Under the pieces are notes generated by a model that worked only from the letters and a program-made list of their open reading frames with translations, was not told the origin of the DNA and ran no database searches. A stretch of DNA of 64,000 bases from the NCBI GenBank assembly GCA_043745805.1, contig JAYTSD010000004.1, positions 160,001 to 224,000 of the forward strand. Direction: 5' to 3'. This DNA is from Fibrobacteria bacterium. GTDB lineage: Bacteria; Fibrobacterota; Fibrobacteria; UBA11236. Below, piece by piece: positions 49,601-57,702 of the stretch. Made by a program: the position numbers and the translations under genes. Position 1 is the first letter of the stretch, and each line of letters starts with the position of its first letter.

Positions 49601-50429
49601 AGTAAGCGTTATTTTTTAAAATGATTTTTTTTCCTGATAGCGATGCATCATAAGGATCTTTGATTCCTGAGAAATAATTATTAGAAATACTTGCCGACAT
49701 GCTAGTTGCCAAAGTATTAATACCGGAGGACACTGGAGTAGTCGCATCATCAATAAAAGTATTATTCAAAATTTTCACTGTATCACTTGTAGTAGTGCCT
49801 GAAACTTGAATGTTTTTATTAAATCCGATAAACACATTACTGATAATCCTTAGAGGTTGAGTTACTCCATTAATAATGTTTATAGCAGGAACATTCACAT
49901 TTGCACCAATCGCACCAGGACGAAAAATATTTCCCACTAAAGTCACTACTCCTCCACCGCCAATATTAACTGCTGGAGAGGTCGCCGCAATAGGCATTTC
50001 AATCAACAGTCCCTTGATCGTTACATTACTGCGAGCGGAAGGTATGCTTAATGCAGGCAATCCTCCGGTACTGCTCTTTAGCACACCCCTTTTATCTGCG
50101 TATCTCGTGGGAGCTGCCCCTGGAGCAGTGCTTTTATCGGAAGTTATTAATAAAGGCAAATTACTTGCTGAATCTAAGCTTAAATTAGTTATTACGGAGG
50201 AATCCATAATAACTAGAGTTCCCCCTTTTTTACCTAAAACTTTTAAGACACTATCCATACAGTTGGATTGTCCACGTTGAGTAGCCGGTCGGGAAATCAA
50301 GGTAGCACAGGCTTGACCAACCCAAAGCGTATCACCTGATGCAAAAGCAGATATTGCTGCATTCGCATTGGAAGAAAGGCCCAAAAATAGAGCAGACAAA
50401 ACGAATATCCCGACCACGATTTTTTGCAT
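46644..50429 (-). CDS. Large secreted multidomain protein: beta-helix, FN3-like region, C-terminal FlgD-Ig/T9SS-like domain
   Basis: Signal peptide; repeated IxxNxF turns; TDYRGLLR..EVGAFEY; C-terminal GYPNPF..LKIFDAKG..WDGRD..PKGLY. Confidence 0.75.
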   Translation of the reverse strand: MQKIVVGIFVLSALFLGLSSNANAAISAFASGDTLWVGQACATLISRPATQRGQSNCMDSVLKVLGKKGGTLVIMDSSVITNLSLDSASNLPLLITSDKSTAPGAAPTRYADKRGVLKSSTGGLPALSIPSARSNVTIKGLLIEMPIAATSPAVNIGGGGVVTLVGNIFRPGAIGANVNVPAINIINGVTQPLRIISNVFIGFNKNIQVSGTTTSDTVKILNNTFIDDATTPVSSGINTLATSMSASISNNYFSGIKDPYDASLSGKKIILKNNAYSSAPNRQGITESPVLDLARSLDVSSGFRGLAYLANLESAFAKVMDCQLIGSIGCSSLFAGSNATDTVATDYRGLLRSSKSEVGAFEYQFIQGNPKPLLGKLSLSVQNAGEYSRLKFTVVSNNFDPADADSVAVWWATRELDSYTDATTDKKVYPLAKLNSGSIIDSAQNLIDATKYFFRAAFVVSPSSIGHRDSVVIVTLENIISGGECKINGTKDCPPAAQSGYFKPAAPFDKLIKSNVIFNKPATNGIVASPIFTTVPTGTVVHGISLSTIPKISTNITENDLTNGSDQGYRIEIQFDSAITTAGLELFKLNASGLPTLMPEWKMENISANSRKLTIYDQEPGASTYAFGLPTASSGGKIDIVSKGALTPILTDSMVSNGKTIPFDFSGTGFITANPLILVNVIPAGGVTSASIYSKAFSIISNNKIDLITSSFISLGDSLKRSRLAKYLVKAGIEDITNPGDSSQIKKPFALNPSLPEADFSDVINTRSKALVISPTGDLTSDNISILIKPSNFSVAFATTTSTGAVNSGKMRSFEVVFTVFDGGKVSRSTGYIRRQVVDDVPADEKKGYDNAKWNLFAYPWQEAETGILAKIFASDSWDINSFAIWKYNPSSFIKYTGATAHDGVTFHSGNAIWTASLVTYTPKSTLATSLDYQTFSLPLPAAVWTDFGLPFNFKMRWKNIHALSAGDVVAYHYDIDNKAWRIVADGDILSPWEGYTAKSAAGGSLSFPVLDVNRAVFVAAKKSTQGWSANIKAFNSSASMYLGIGKNANTEIIGEAPLVPNQNFYASLKNGIESKQTFSRMIQSGEGMQGSWLLDFKSLQKDEAVNFVLEDNIYGIPVSLVDINHQIAYPLTVDSAVTLSAADLKKNTYQIVSGDAKSVLTGFASLSTLNLTGYPNPFLNQVQLHYALPIDQSSDMVLKIFDAKGKQVWTRTFTGQKTLDYVWDGRDNTNNLLPKGLYNLSLEATNAKGKYKALKSLIKL

Positions 50430-50627
50430 AATTTAGTCCTATAGCTGTTGTTGATCAGCCCTACCCCTAAGATAGCTTTTAACTGCATTCTAACCATACA
50501 AAAAGTGAGCCTTTCAGGTAAAAACGAGGTTTAAATTATCGACATTATCCTGCATACAAATTCATATTTAAGGGTTTGTAGGCTAGGTCTGTTAAAGAAA
50601 TGCAAATTTATTATACTTGTGGGTCTT

Positions 50628-50699
50628 GGTGTGTTCGTCTAGTGGTTAGGACGGTGCCCTCTCACGGCGCAAGCAGGGGTTCAACTCCCCTACGCACTA
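50628..50699 (+). tRNA. tRNA-Glu (anticodon CTC), CCA not encoded
   Basis: Acceptor stem GGTGTGT/ACGCACT, D-arm GTCTAGTGGTTAGGAC, anticodon arm GTGCC-CTCTCAC-GGCGC, T-arm AGGGG-TTCAACT-CCCCT; TATACT -10 box upstream. Confidence 0.95.
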
Positions 50700-50860
50700 A
50701 GAAAATAGCTCATGATTTTTCCTCTTTCTTTGCTTGTGAACCTATTCGATTAAACGTACCTTACCGCTCATCAATGAATTGTCGTTTCTTGCGAAGCTAC
50801 TTTCTTTTGTAAAGATTAATTCTGTATAATCCAACCATGTTTTAAACAAGGATTCAGCAT

Positions 50861-52105
50861 ATGGACAGCTTATTAGCCATGATTTTGGCAGGTGGACAAG
50901 GATCTCGCTTACAACCGCTCACCAATGAAAGAGCAAAACCCGCCGTGCATTTTGGTGGTAAATACCGCGTTATTGATTTTGTACTCAATAATTTTATGAA
51001 TTCGGGATTTTATCAGATTAAAGTTTTAACGCAATTCAAAAGCGATTCCTTAAATCGGCATATTGCTACGGGCTGGTCACTGAATCGAAATCTAGATCAG
51101 TATGTGGATTTAGTACCTGCGCAAATGCGTACCGGCAGTAATTGGTATACCGGAACGGCGGATGCCATTTATCAGAATGTAAATCTTATTCGTGATGTAC
51201 GTCCCGATCACGTAGCCATTTTTGGCGGCGATCATATCTATAAAATGGATGTGAATCAAATGTTACAGTATCATGTAACGAAATCCGCTATGGCCACTAT
51301 ATCCGCCATCCCGGTTCCTTTGGATGAAGCCCGAAGTTTTGGCGTTATTGAAGTGAATGAAGAAGGGCGCATGATTGGGTTTGAAGAAAAACCGGATAGA
51401 CCAAAATCTATTCCTGGCCTTCCAGGATGGGCTTTAGCGTCGATGGGTAATTATATTTTCAATAGTAAATTTTTAGTTCGCGAACTCTTAAGTGATAGCA
51501 AATTAGAACATTCGCATCATGATTTTGGACGCGATATTTTACCTTCGATTTATAATGATCATCCCGTTTATGTTTATGACTTTAATACCAATCGTATTCG
51601 CGGAGAAAAAGAAATTAGCTGGGGCTATTGGAAGGATATTGGCACCATTGAAGCCTTTTATGAAGCCAATTTAGAATGCTGTGCCGTGTCTCCGGTTTTT
51701 AATCTATATAATTCCAAATGGCCCTTAAGAACTATCAATTGGAATTTGCCTCCTGCCAAATTTGTTTTTGGAAAATCGGATCCCGAAGGGCGTTTAGGCC
51801 AGGCATGGGACTCCATTGTATGCGAAGGCTGTATTGTATCCGGTGGACGCGTAGAGCATTCCATTCTCTCTCCCGGTTGTTATATACATAGCCATTCCCA
51901 AATCGCGAATTCGATTTTATTTCCAGATGTAGACGTGGGACGAGGTGCAAAAATTCAAAATGCCATTATTGAAAAAGGCATAAAGATACCTGCGGGCTTT
52001 GAAGTGGGAGTTAATCTTGATTTAGATCGGGAGCGTTTTCATGTGACCGATAGTGGTATTGTTGTTATTGCCAAAGATACTATTATTCATCAACCAGGAA
52101 TGTAG
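50861..52105 (+). CDS. glgC: Glucose-1-phosphate adenylyltransferase
   Basis: LAGGQGSRL, RAKPAVHFGG, GTADA, GDHIYKMD, FEEKP, ASMGNY, DFG. Confidence 0.97.
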   Translation: MDSLLAMILAGGQGSRLQPLTNERAKPAVHFGGKYRVIDFVLNNFMNSGFYQIKVLTQFKSDSLNRHIATGWSLNRNLDQYVDLVPAQMRTGSNWYTGTADAIYQNVNLIRDVRPDHVAIFGGDHIYKMDVNQMLQYHVTKSAMATISAIPVPLDEARSFGVIEVNEEGRMIGFEEKPDRPKSIPGLPGWALASMGNYIFNSKFLVRELLSDSKLEHSHHDFGRDILPSIYNDHPVYVYDFNTNRIRGEKEISWGYWKDIGTIEAFYEANLECCAVSPVFNLYNSKWPLRTINWNLPPAKFVFGKSDPEGRLGQAWDSIVCEGCIVSGGRVEHSILSPGCYIHSHSQIANSILFPDVDVGRGAKIQNAIIEKGIKIPAGFEVGVNLDLDRERFHVTDSGIVVIAKDTIIHQPGM

Positions 52106-52118
52106 TTTCTATAAAACT

Positions 52119-52140
52119 TATGTAACACAAGTGTTACATA
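52119..52140. promoter_or_regulatory. 22-bp palindrome, candidate operator
   Basis: TATGTAACAC-AA-GTGTTACATA. Confidence 0.45.
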
Positions 52141-52184
52141 TTATTTTTAAATTTGCAGTTTTGTTTATTGGATAAGGGGAGTAT

Positions 52185-53555
52185 ATGGTTTCTGCCATTT
52201 TTAGAGAATATGATATTCGAGGAATAGTACCTTCTGAACTTAGTCAGGACACTATCGTTAAAATCGCCAAAGCTTTTGGTACAATTTTAAGACAGCGCAA
52301 TTTAAAAACCATTTCTGTTGGTGGTGATGTGCGTTTACATACACCACAAATTAAAGCTTGGTTTATTCAAGCCATTAATGAAACGGGAATTGATGTAATT
52401 GATATTGGAATTATTACTACTCCCGTCAGTTATTTTAGCGCCTACCACTTGCAAATAGATGGCTTTGCCATGATTACCGCGAGCCATAATCCTAAAGAGT
52501 ACAATGGTTTTAAATTGGGCATTGGTAAAACAACTATTTATGGAAATGACATTATCGAAGTACGCGATTTAGCAGCCAAGGGAGAGTTTACCCAAGGTCA
52601 AGGCAGCTGTAAGGAAGAAAGTATTACCGATGATTATTGTGATTATGTTATCGGCAAATTCAAATTACAAAAACCCATAACCGTGGTTTATGATCCGGCC
52701 AATGCGACAGGTGCCTTATTCGGTAAAAAAATTCTGGAAGGTATTGGCGCAACCGTGATCGCCATTAATAATGAAGTAGATGGGAATTTTCCCAGTCATC
52801 ATCCTGACCCCACCATTTGGGAGAATATGATACAACTTTCCGAAAAAGTAAAATCCATTGGCAGCCCTATTGGCATTGGTTTAGATGGCGACTCGGATAG
52901 AATTGGTATCATCGATGAAACCGGCGAATTAATTCCAGGCGATTTACTCACCTTAATTCTCGCTAAAGACTTACTACAAAGAAGGCCCAAAGCCAAAATT
53001 ATTTATGAAGTCAAATCGACCATGGCCATGGAAGAAGAAATTGAAAAAGCCGGTGGCATTCCCATTATGTGGAAGGTTGGCCATTCTTTACTCAAAGCGA
53101 AAATGGCCAGTGAAAATGCTTTACTGGCGGGTGAATTAAGTGGACATATTTTTATTGCGGATGATTATTTTGGTTTTGATGATGCCATTTATGCAGCTTG
53201 CCGAGTCCTTAATATTATGGATAAAACCGGCAAAACTATCACCCAACTTCTGGAAGGTGTTCCCCGTTACCCCAATACTCCTGAAATCCGTTGCGAATGC
53301 GAAAATGATGATGAAAAATTTAAAATCACTGCCAAAGCTGTAAAGTATTTTTCCGAGAATTATAAAGTTTTAGCCATAGATGGTGTGCGCATTTTGTTCT
53401 CTGATGGTTGGGGTCTAGTGCGAGCTTCCAATACACAACCCACTCTAGTCACACGCTTTGAAGGCAAAACGGCTGCACGCCGTGATGAAATTAAAAATAT
53501 GGTACTAAACAAAATCCAAGAGTTTGGTAATATCATCATTGGATCAAAGCATTAA
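52185..53555 (+). CDS. Phosphomannomutase/phosphoglucomutase
   Basis: FREYDIRG, TASHNP phosphoserine loop, DGDSDR, GELSGH, RASNTQP. Confidence 0.95.
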   Translation: MVSAIFREYDIRGIVPSELSQDTIVKIAKAFGTILRQRNLKTISVGGDVRLHTPQIKAWFIQAINETGIDVIDIGIITTPVSYFSAYHLQIDGFAMITASHNPKEYNGFKLGIGKTTIYGNDIIEVRDLAAKGEFTQGQGSCKEESITDDYCDYVIGKFKLQKPITVVYDPANATGALFGKKILEGIGATVIAINNEVDGNFPSHHPDPTIWENMIQLSEKVKSIGSPIGIGLDGDSDRIGIIDETGELIPGDLLTLILAKDLLQRRPKAKIIYEVKSTMAMEEEIEKAGGIPIMWKVGHSLLKAKMASENALLAGELSGHIFIADDYFGFDDAIYAACRVLNIMDKTGKTITQLLEGVPRYPNTPEIRCECENDDEKFKITAKAVKYFSENYKVLAIDGVRILFSDGWGLVRASNTQPTLVTRFEGKTAARRDEIKNMVLNKIQEFGNIIIGSKH

Positions 53556-53574
53556 AAAAATATTCTTGTTAAAT

Positions 53575-53607
53575 AAAAAAAGGACGATTACATAATCGTC
53601 CTTTTTT
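53575..53607. terminator. Bidirectional intrinsic terminator
   Basis: A-tract, GGACGATTA-CA-TAATCGTCC, T-tract. Confidence 0.88.
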
Positions 53608-53668
53608 GCAGCGTTCCTCTGTTACATAGCAATTATCTGACCTAGCAGAGGAGTTCCGTTGCGCGGGA

Positions 53669-55648
53669 TTATTTTATTTGTCCATTCCTTTTTAGCCAAT
53701 CTTTCATTGCTAGAAATAAAGCTTGTTTCTTTGCATTACTATTTTCGCCAGCGATTTGAAAAACACCACGTTTTTGGCTGAAAAGATATTCGCTTTCCCC
53801 AGAAGAACTAACTGGAGCGAGATTATTCAAATCCCAATCGATGGGTATTTGCTGTGGAAATTGCAAAAGTAACTGCTTCAATTCCAATAAAGCCTCCGCA
53901 GATATTTGGACATAAAATCGTATGGCTTTTGTATTATCATTAGGATTACTTTTAATATTTAAAACTCTTCCTTTTTCCGAGATATAAATATCGACCAAAC
54001 AAGGTTTTGATTCCAGTCCATCAAAACGAAATTCTTGTGAACTTTGTAAAATGCGATAATTCAATAATGGATCCATAAATTCCAAATCGATTGGAATAAT
54101 TCTTTCTCGTAATTCTAAAGAATCAGCAGTATAACGTTGTATCAGATTGGATCCTTGTGGATTCGAAATGTGAAAAACCTCAACCCCTTTTCCATTCATT
54201 TCTATCATCATGGAACCTACGCGCTCTGATGAACTTGTATTTTTATACCACGATGACTTTATGTTTTCTAATAAATGAATATTTTGAAAATAATCGACTT
54301 GTTTAAAACTGCGTAGGCGCATTGCTTTGCCACGTGTCACATTATCCGGAACAAGCACAAAACTGACTTGCTGCCCAGGCTTTAATTGTGAACTATTTAA
54401 CGATTGTTCATAGGTGTGAAGGTTATACCGCAATAATGCATCTTGATGTCCAATGCCTCCTTCACCGAGATTTTGTAATTCCCCTCCTAACGGTAAAACT
54501 ATATAATTAGGTAATGAGGTATCGCCTACAAAGCTTATTTCATCAAGTCCCCAAAATTGCAAATCATTTCCCTGTAATAATTTTTTCTTATTGATCTTAA
54601 ATTTCCAGTATACTTCTCCATTAATAGATCCAAAATTAGTCGGCTCAATAGCTTGCGCATCAATTATAAAATATGGCATTGTTTGTTGAGATTCACTGGC
54701 AAGATTAAAAATCCACTTCTTTTCTACCATGCCACTTTGTAGATAAATTTTCAAAACAATCTTATTGCTAAACCCTTCCAAAAGCATATTTGAATTCATT
54801 TCTAAACTTGGAGCCAATTTATATTGGCTTTCCATATCGGCATTCAAATATTTATTGTGAGGGATGCTTTTACCATTTGCGCTCCAAACTACCGAGTCAA
54901 TCAAGGCCATAGGAGCATCCACTTGCACTTGAAAAGCCCAAGGCAATTGGCTAAATGAGGCTCTGATGGTATCACCCATATTTCCATCTATCACATAGCC
55001 ATAATTAAGCTTGAGCGTGTCGGCTATAGTTGTTTTGCGACCAGGTTCGATATGAATAGGAATATTATTTAAAGGATTAGCCCCTTCGTATTGAACAGTT
55101 AATAAATAATCCCCAGTTGGAATTTTGTTAAAGTTGAAGCGACCATTTAATTCCGACTCAATTGTCCATGGGGTTCCAATTAAATGTAAAGTGAATTTTT
55201 TGTGGTGCAAGGGATCGTTCGTCCAAGCCACGCCTTCAATGGATCCGAGGCTGTCGAGACGTAATTTACTTAAATTATTTTCCATCTCGGGATTGTAATT
55301 ATAATCGTATACCAAGCCCAAATTTACGCTATCGGTTGCAATTAATAAATAATTACCGGCATCCATTTTAGTAAAGCTGAATTCACCATTATCATTTGAA
55401 GTTGTTCGAAATATGGCTCCATCCTTACGAGAATACATAGAGACTGAAGCATTTTTTAGTGGATCATAATGTGGGTTTAAAATCATCCCTGTAACATTAC
55501 CCGCTTCGGTGCCGCCACCGCGGGGTGTAGAACTCAACCTATTATCTAAATCAAAGGTTTGGTCGCAACCTATTAATAACAAGCCTGCGAAAAAGAAAAA
55601 CAGCAATGTTTTACGATTTTTTTTCACAGAGGCGAAACTCAATTCCAT
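53669..55648 (-). CDS. Lipoprotein with carboxypeptidase-regulatory-like (transthyretin-like) beta-sandwich domains
   Basis: Start ATG 55648 with RBS GAGGA; lipobox LLIGC; GGGTEAGN then VTG..ASV..TTSNDNGEFSF..GNYLL and a second repeat GSIEG..GRFNFNKIPTGDY. Confidence 0.72.
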   Translation of the reverse strand: MELSFASVKKNRKTLLFFFFAGLLLIGCDQTFDLDNRLSSTPRGGGTEAGNVTGMILNPHYDPLKNASVSMYSRKDGAIFRTTSNDNGEFSFTKMDAGNYLLIATDSVNLGLVYDYNYNPEMENNLSKLRLDSLGSIEGVAWTNDPLHHKKFTLHLIGTPWTIESELNGRFNFNKIPTGDYLLTVQYEGANPLNNIPIHIEPGRKTTIADTLKLNYGYVIDGNMGDTIRASFSQLPWAFQVQVDAPMALIDSVVWSANGKSIPHNKYLNADMESQYKLAPSLEMNSNMLLEGFSNKIVLKIYLQSGMVEKKWIFNLASESQQTMPYFIIDAQAIEPTNFGSINGEVYWKFKINKKKLLQGNDLQFWGLDEISFVGDTSLPNYIVLPLGGELQNLGEGGIGHQDALLRYNLHTYEQSLNSSQLKPGQQVSFVLVPDNVTRGKAMRLRSFKQVDYFQNIHLLENIKSSWYKNTSSSERVGSMMIEMNGKGVEVFHISNPQGSNLIQRYTADSLELRERIIPIDLEFMDPLLNYRILQSSQEFRFDGLESKPCLVDIYISEKGRVLNIKSNPNDNTKAIRFYVQISAEALLELKQLLLQFPQQIPIDWDLNNLAPVSSSGESEYLFSQKRGVFQIAGENSNAKKQALFLAMKDWLKRNGQIK

Positions 55649-55664
55649 TGTGTAGTCCTCAGTT

Positions 55665-56489
55665 TCATTTGCGCGTGAGAGGGAATAATTGCAAATTGCA
55701 TTGGAAAATTCTATCGGGCTTAATTTCATCTAAAGCCATTTTTAATATTCTTTTTCGCAATAATCGAATTTCTTCTACCGCGGCCAAAAAACTAGTGTCC
55801 GACAAAGTTACCGTGAGCACAGAAATATCTCGGTCAGGATGAGGAATTCTATCAATGGCTGTTTTCGCTAATTCCATAGTAGCCACTTGAAAATTCGCCA
55901 CCTGCAAAGATTTTACTTCATCCCCAGTGCCAATTAAATTTTCTTTTTGACGATAAATTCCTTTACCGTCTTTTTCGATTAAACCTAATTGCGTCAACAC
56001 TTCTATCGCTTCTTTGGCATCTTGGGTTTTGATACTGGGCAACATTTTCTTTGCAAGCGCTTCATAATCATTTCGAAAAGGAAAGAAAAATAAAAGCTCC
56101 CTAATAGCAACATAATGCCATTTGGAAAATAATTCGTATTGTGATTCTTCTATTTTTTTTATCCGCAAAGGTTTAATAGAAAGCAAATTACGGAAAAAGC
56201 GATTTTTATCCGCTAAGGTTTTGGACTGATTAAAGGCGACTAAGTTTTCAAAATAAAAAGTGGATTTTTTGTCGAGCTGCAAAGCTTCGGCTAATTTGCT
56301 TACATGCGAGAGTGGTAAATTACGTTTTTTGGTAATGATATTGGATAAAAAACCACTGGAGCTCACACCCATTTTAGCCAATAAATAACGATGGGAAAAC
56401 TTAGGCTTAATCGCCTTCATTTCCTTCAACCAATCCGATAGATATTGGCGATAATCGTAATATGCAAAAAGATCCAATGAACTGTTCAC
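55665..56489 (-). CDS. TIGR02147 family protein (N-terminal HTH, C-terminal DUF4423-like)
   Basis: YYDYRQYL..FSHR..SSGFL..KRNL; WHYVAIREL; LGLI; RDISVLTV; FQCNLQLFPLT. Confidence 0.88.
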   Translation of the reverse strand: MNSSLDLFAYYDYRQYLSDWLKEMKAIKPKFSHRYLLAKMGVSSSGFLSNIITKKRNLPLSHVSKLAEALQLDKKSTFYFENLVAFNQSKTLADKNRFFRNLLSIKPLRIKKIEESQYELFSKWHYVAIRELLFFFPFRNDYEALAKKMLPSIKTQDAKEAIEVLTQLGLIEKDGKGIYRQKENLIGTGDEVKSLQVANFQVATMELAKTAIDRIPHPDRDISVLTVTLSDTSFLAAVEEIRLLRKRILKMALDEIKPDRIFQCNLQLFPLTRK

Positions 56490-56566
56490 AAGATCTAGTA
56501 TAGATTGCAGAATTAAATGGCGCTGCCCATTTTAAAAAATTACTGCTTACAAATTGGGAGCAGGTT

Positions 56567-57679
56567 TTAACCCTTATAGGTATCGCCAAAGACAATATCC
56601 GGCTCATTTTTTCCATTTAGCTCTTTTACTTCATGGAATACACGACCCCGATAATTCACCACACTGGCAAAAAAAGCATCTAATTCAGTAAAAAATTCAT
56701 CCGTAGATTGTGACCTTAATAAGGTGGTACGCCCTTTGGCACTATTGGGTAAGCATTTCATAGTACGCGCCGCCATTTGCTTGAGCTTGCCTAGCACGCG
56801 CATTTCTATGTCCATTTCTTCGCGCAATAATTCGGCATAGAGTCGAAAAATATCGCGTTGTTCATCGAGTGTCGGCTCTTTAGGAATAATGCCGGCATAG
56901 ACATCGGCCACTTGATTGAATATCCAAGGATTATGCATCGCGCCGCGACCAATAGCCACACCGTCTACGCCCCATCGCTCTAATTTATCCACCACATCGT
57001 CTACCGTGAGGATGTCCCCATTGCCCACCACGGGAATGCTTGCACGACTTTTGGCTTCCGCCATAATCTCCCAATTGGCCAAACCCTTATACCCTTGTGC
57101 GCGCGTGCGGCCGTGAATCACTAAGGCACTAGCCCCTTCGCCTTCAACAATGCGTTGAGTTTCGGGTAAGTTGATGCAATCATCACTCCAACCAATTCGC
57201 ACTTTTACTGTAACCGGGATTTTAACTGCCTTTTGCACTTTGCCGATAATATTTTTCAAATTATCTAAGTCTTTAAGCAAACCGGAGCCGCCACCTTTTT
57301 GCACTACTTTGGGCGCGGGGCAACCACAATTGATTTCCACAAAATCAGCACCGCAGTCTTCTACCATTTGCGCTCCCCAAGCCATGCGCTCAGGTTCGCC
57401 ACCAAAAATCTGTACCGTAAAAGGACGTTCTTCTTCCGCAAAAGCCATTTGTCGACAACATTTGGGATTCAAGCGGGTAATCCCTTCCACCGAAACAAAT
57501 TCCGAAACCATTAAGCCTGTGCGTCCGCCCGCTAGGCGAGAGACTAATCGACGAAAAGAAATATCGGTTACCCCAGACATAGGCGCTAAATACACATTGG
57601 GGAAAATATCTTTTCCCGCTACCGTGTAGCGTTGTTTAATCTTGGCGGCTCTCGCCAATAAATCTTCGTGATAAGTCAT
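56567..57679 (-). CDS. dusB: tRNA-dihydrouridine synthase
   Basis: LAPMSGVTD, QIFG, INCGCP, GSGLL, TVKVRIGW, HGRTR, GNGDI, GRGA. Confidence 0.9.
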   Translation of the reverse strand: MTYHEDLLARAAKIKQRYTVAGKDIFPNVYLAPMSGVTDISFRRLVSRLAGGRTGLMVSEFVSVEGITRLNPKCCRQMAFAEEERPFTVQIFGGEPERMAWGAQMVEDCGADFVEINCGCPAPKVVQKGGGSGLLKDLDNLKNIIGKVQKAVKIPVTVKVRIGWSDDCINLPETQRIVEGEGASALVIHGRTRAQGYKGLANWEIMAEAKSRASIPVVGNGDILTVDDVVDKLERWGVDGVAIGRGAMHNPWIFNQVADVYAGIIPKEPTLDEQRDIFRLYAELLREEMDIEMRVLGKLKQMAARTMKCLPNSAKGRTTLLRSQSTDEFFTELDAFFASVVNYRGRVFHEVKELNGKNEPDIVFGDTYKG

Positions 57680-57702
57680 TTTATTTTTTTCCCAGCCGTT
57701 TA

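Noticed and set aside
50628-50860. Integrative element at tRNA-Glu
   Set aside because: No integrase, no duplicated tRNA 3' end seen in the window, and housekeeping glgC follows directly
53608-53668. SRP (4.5S) RNA, suggested by minus-strand CCCGCGCAACG..CTCTG..AGGTCAG
   Set aside because: The conserved domain IV continuation (GNRA loop and AGCAG) is missing, and the G-U pairs favour the opposite strand
57171-57629. 152-aa plus-strand ORF, and similar antisense ORFs within nnr, ftsZ, murE, glyA, argJ and the 1261-aa gene
   Set aside because: They lie fully opposite well-supported genes and show no motifs; expected shadow frames
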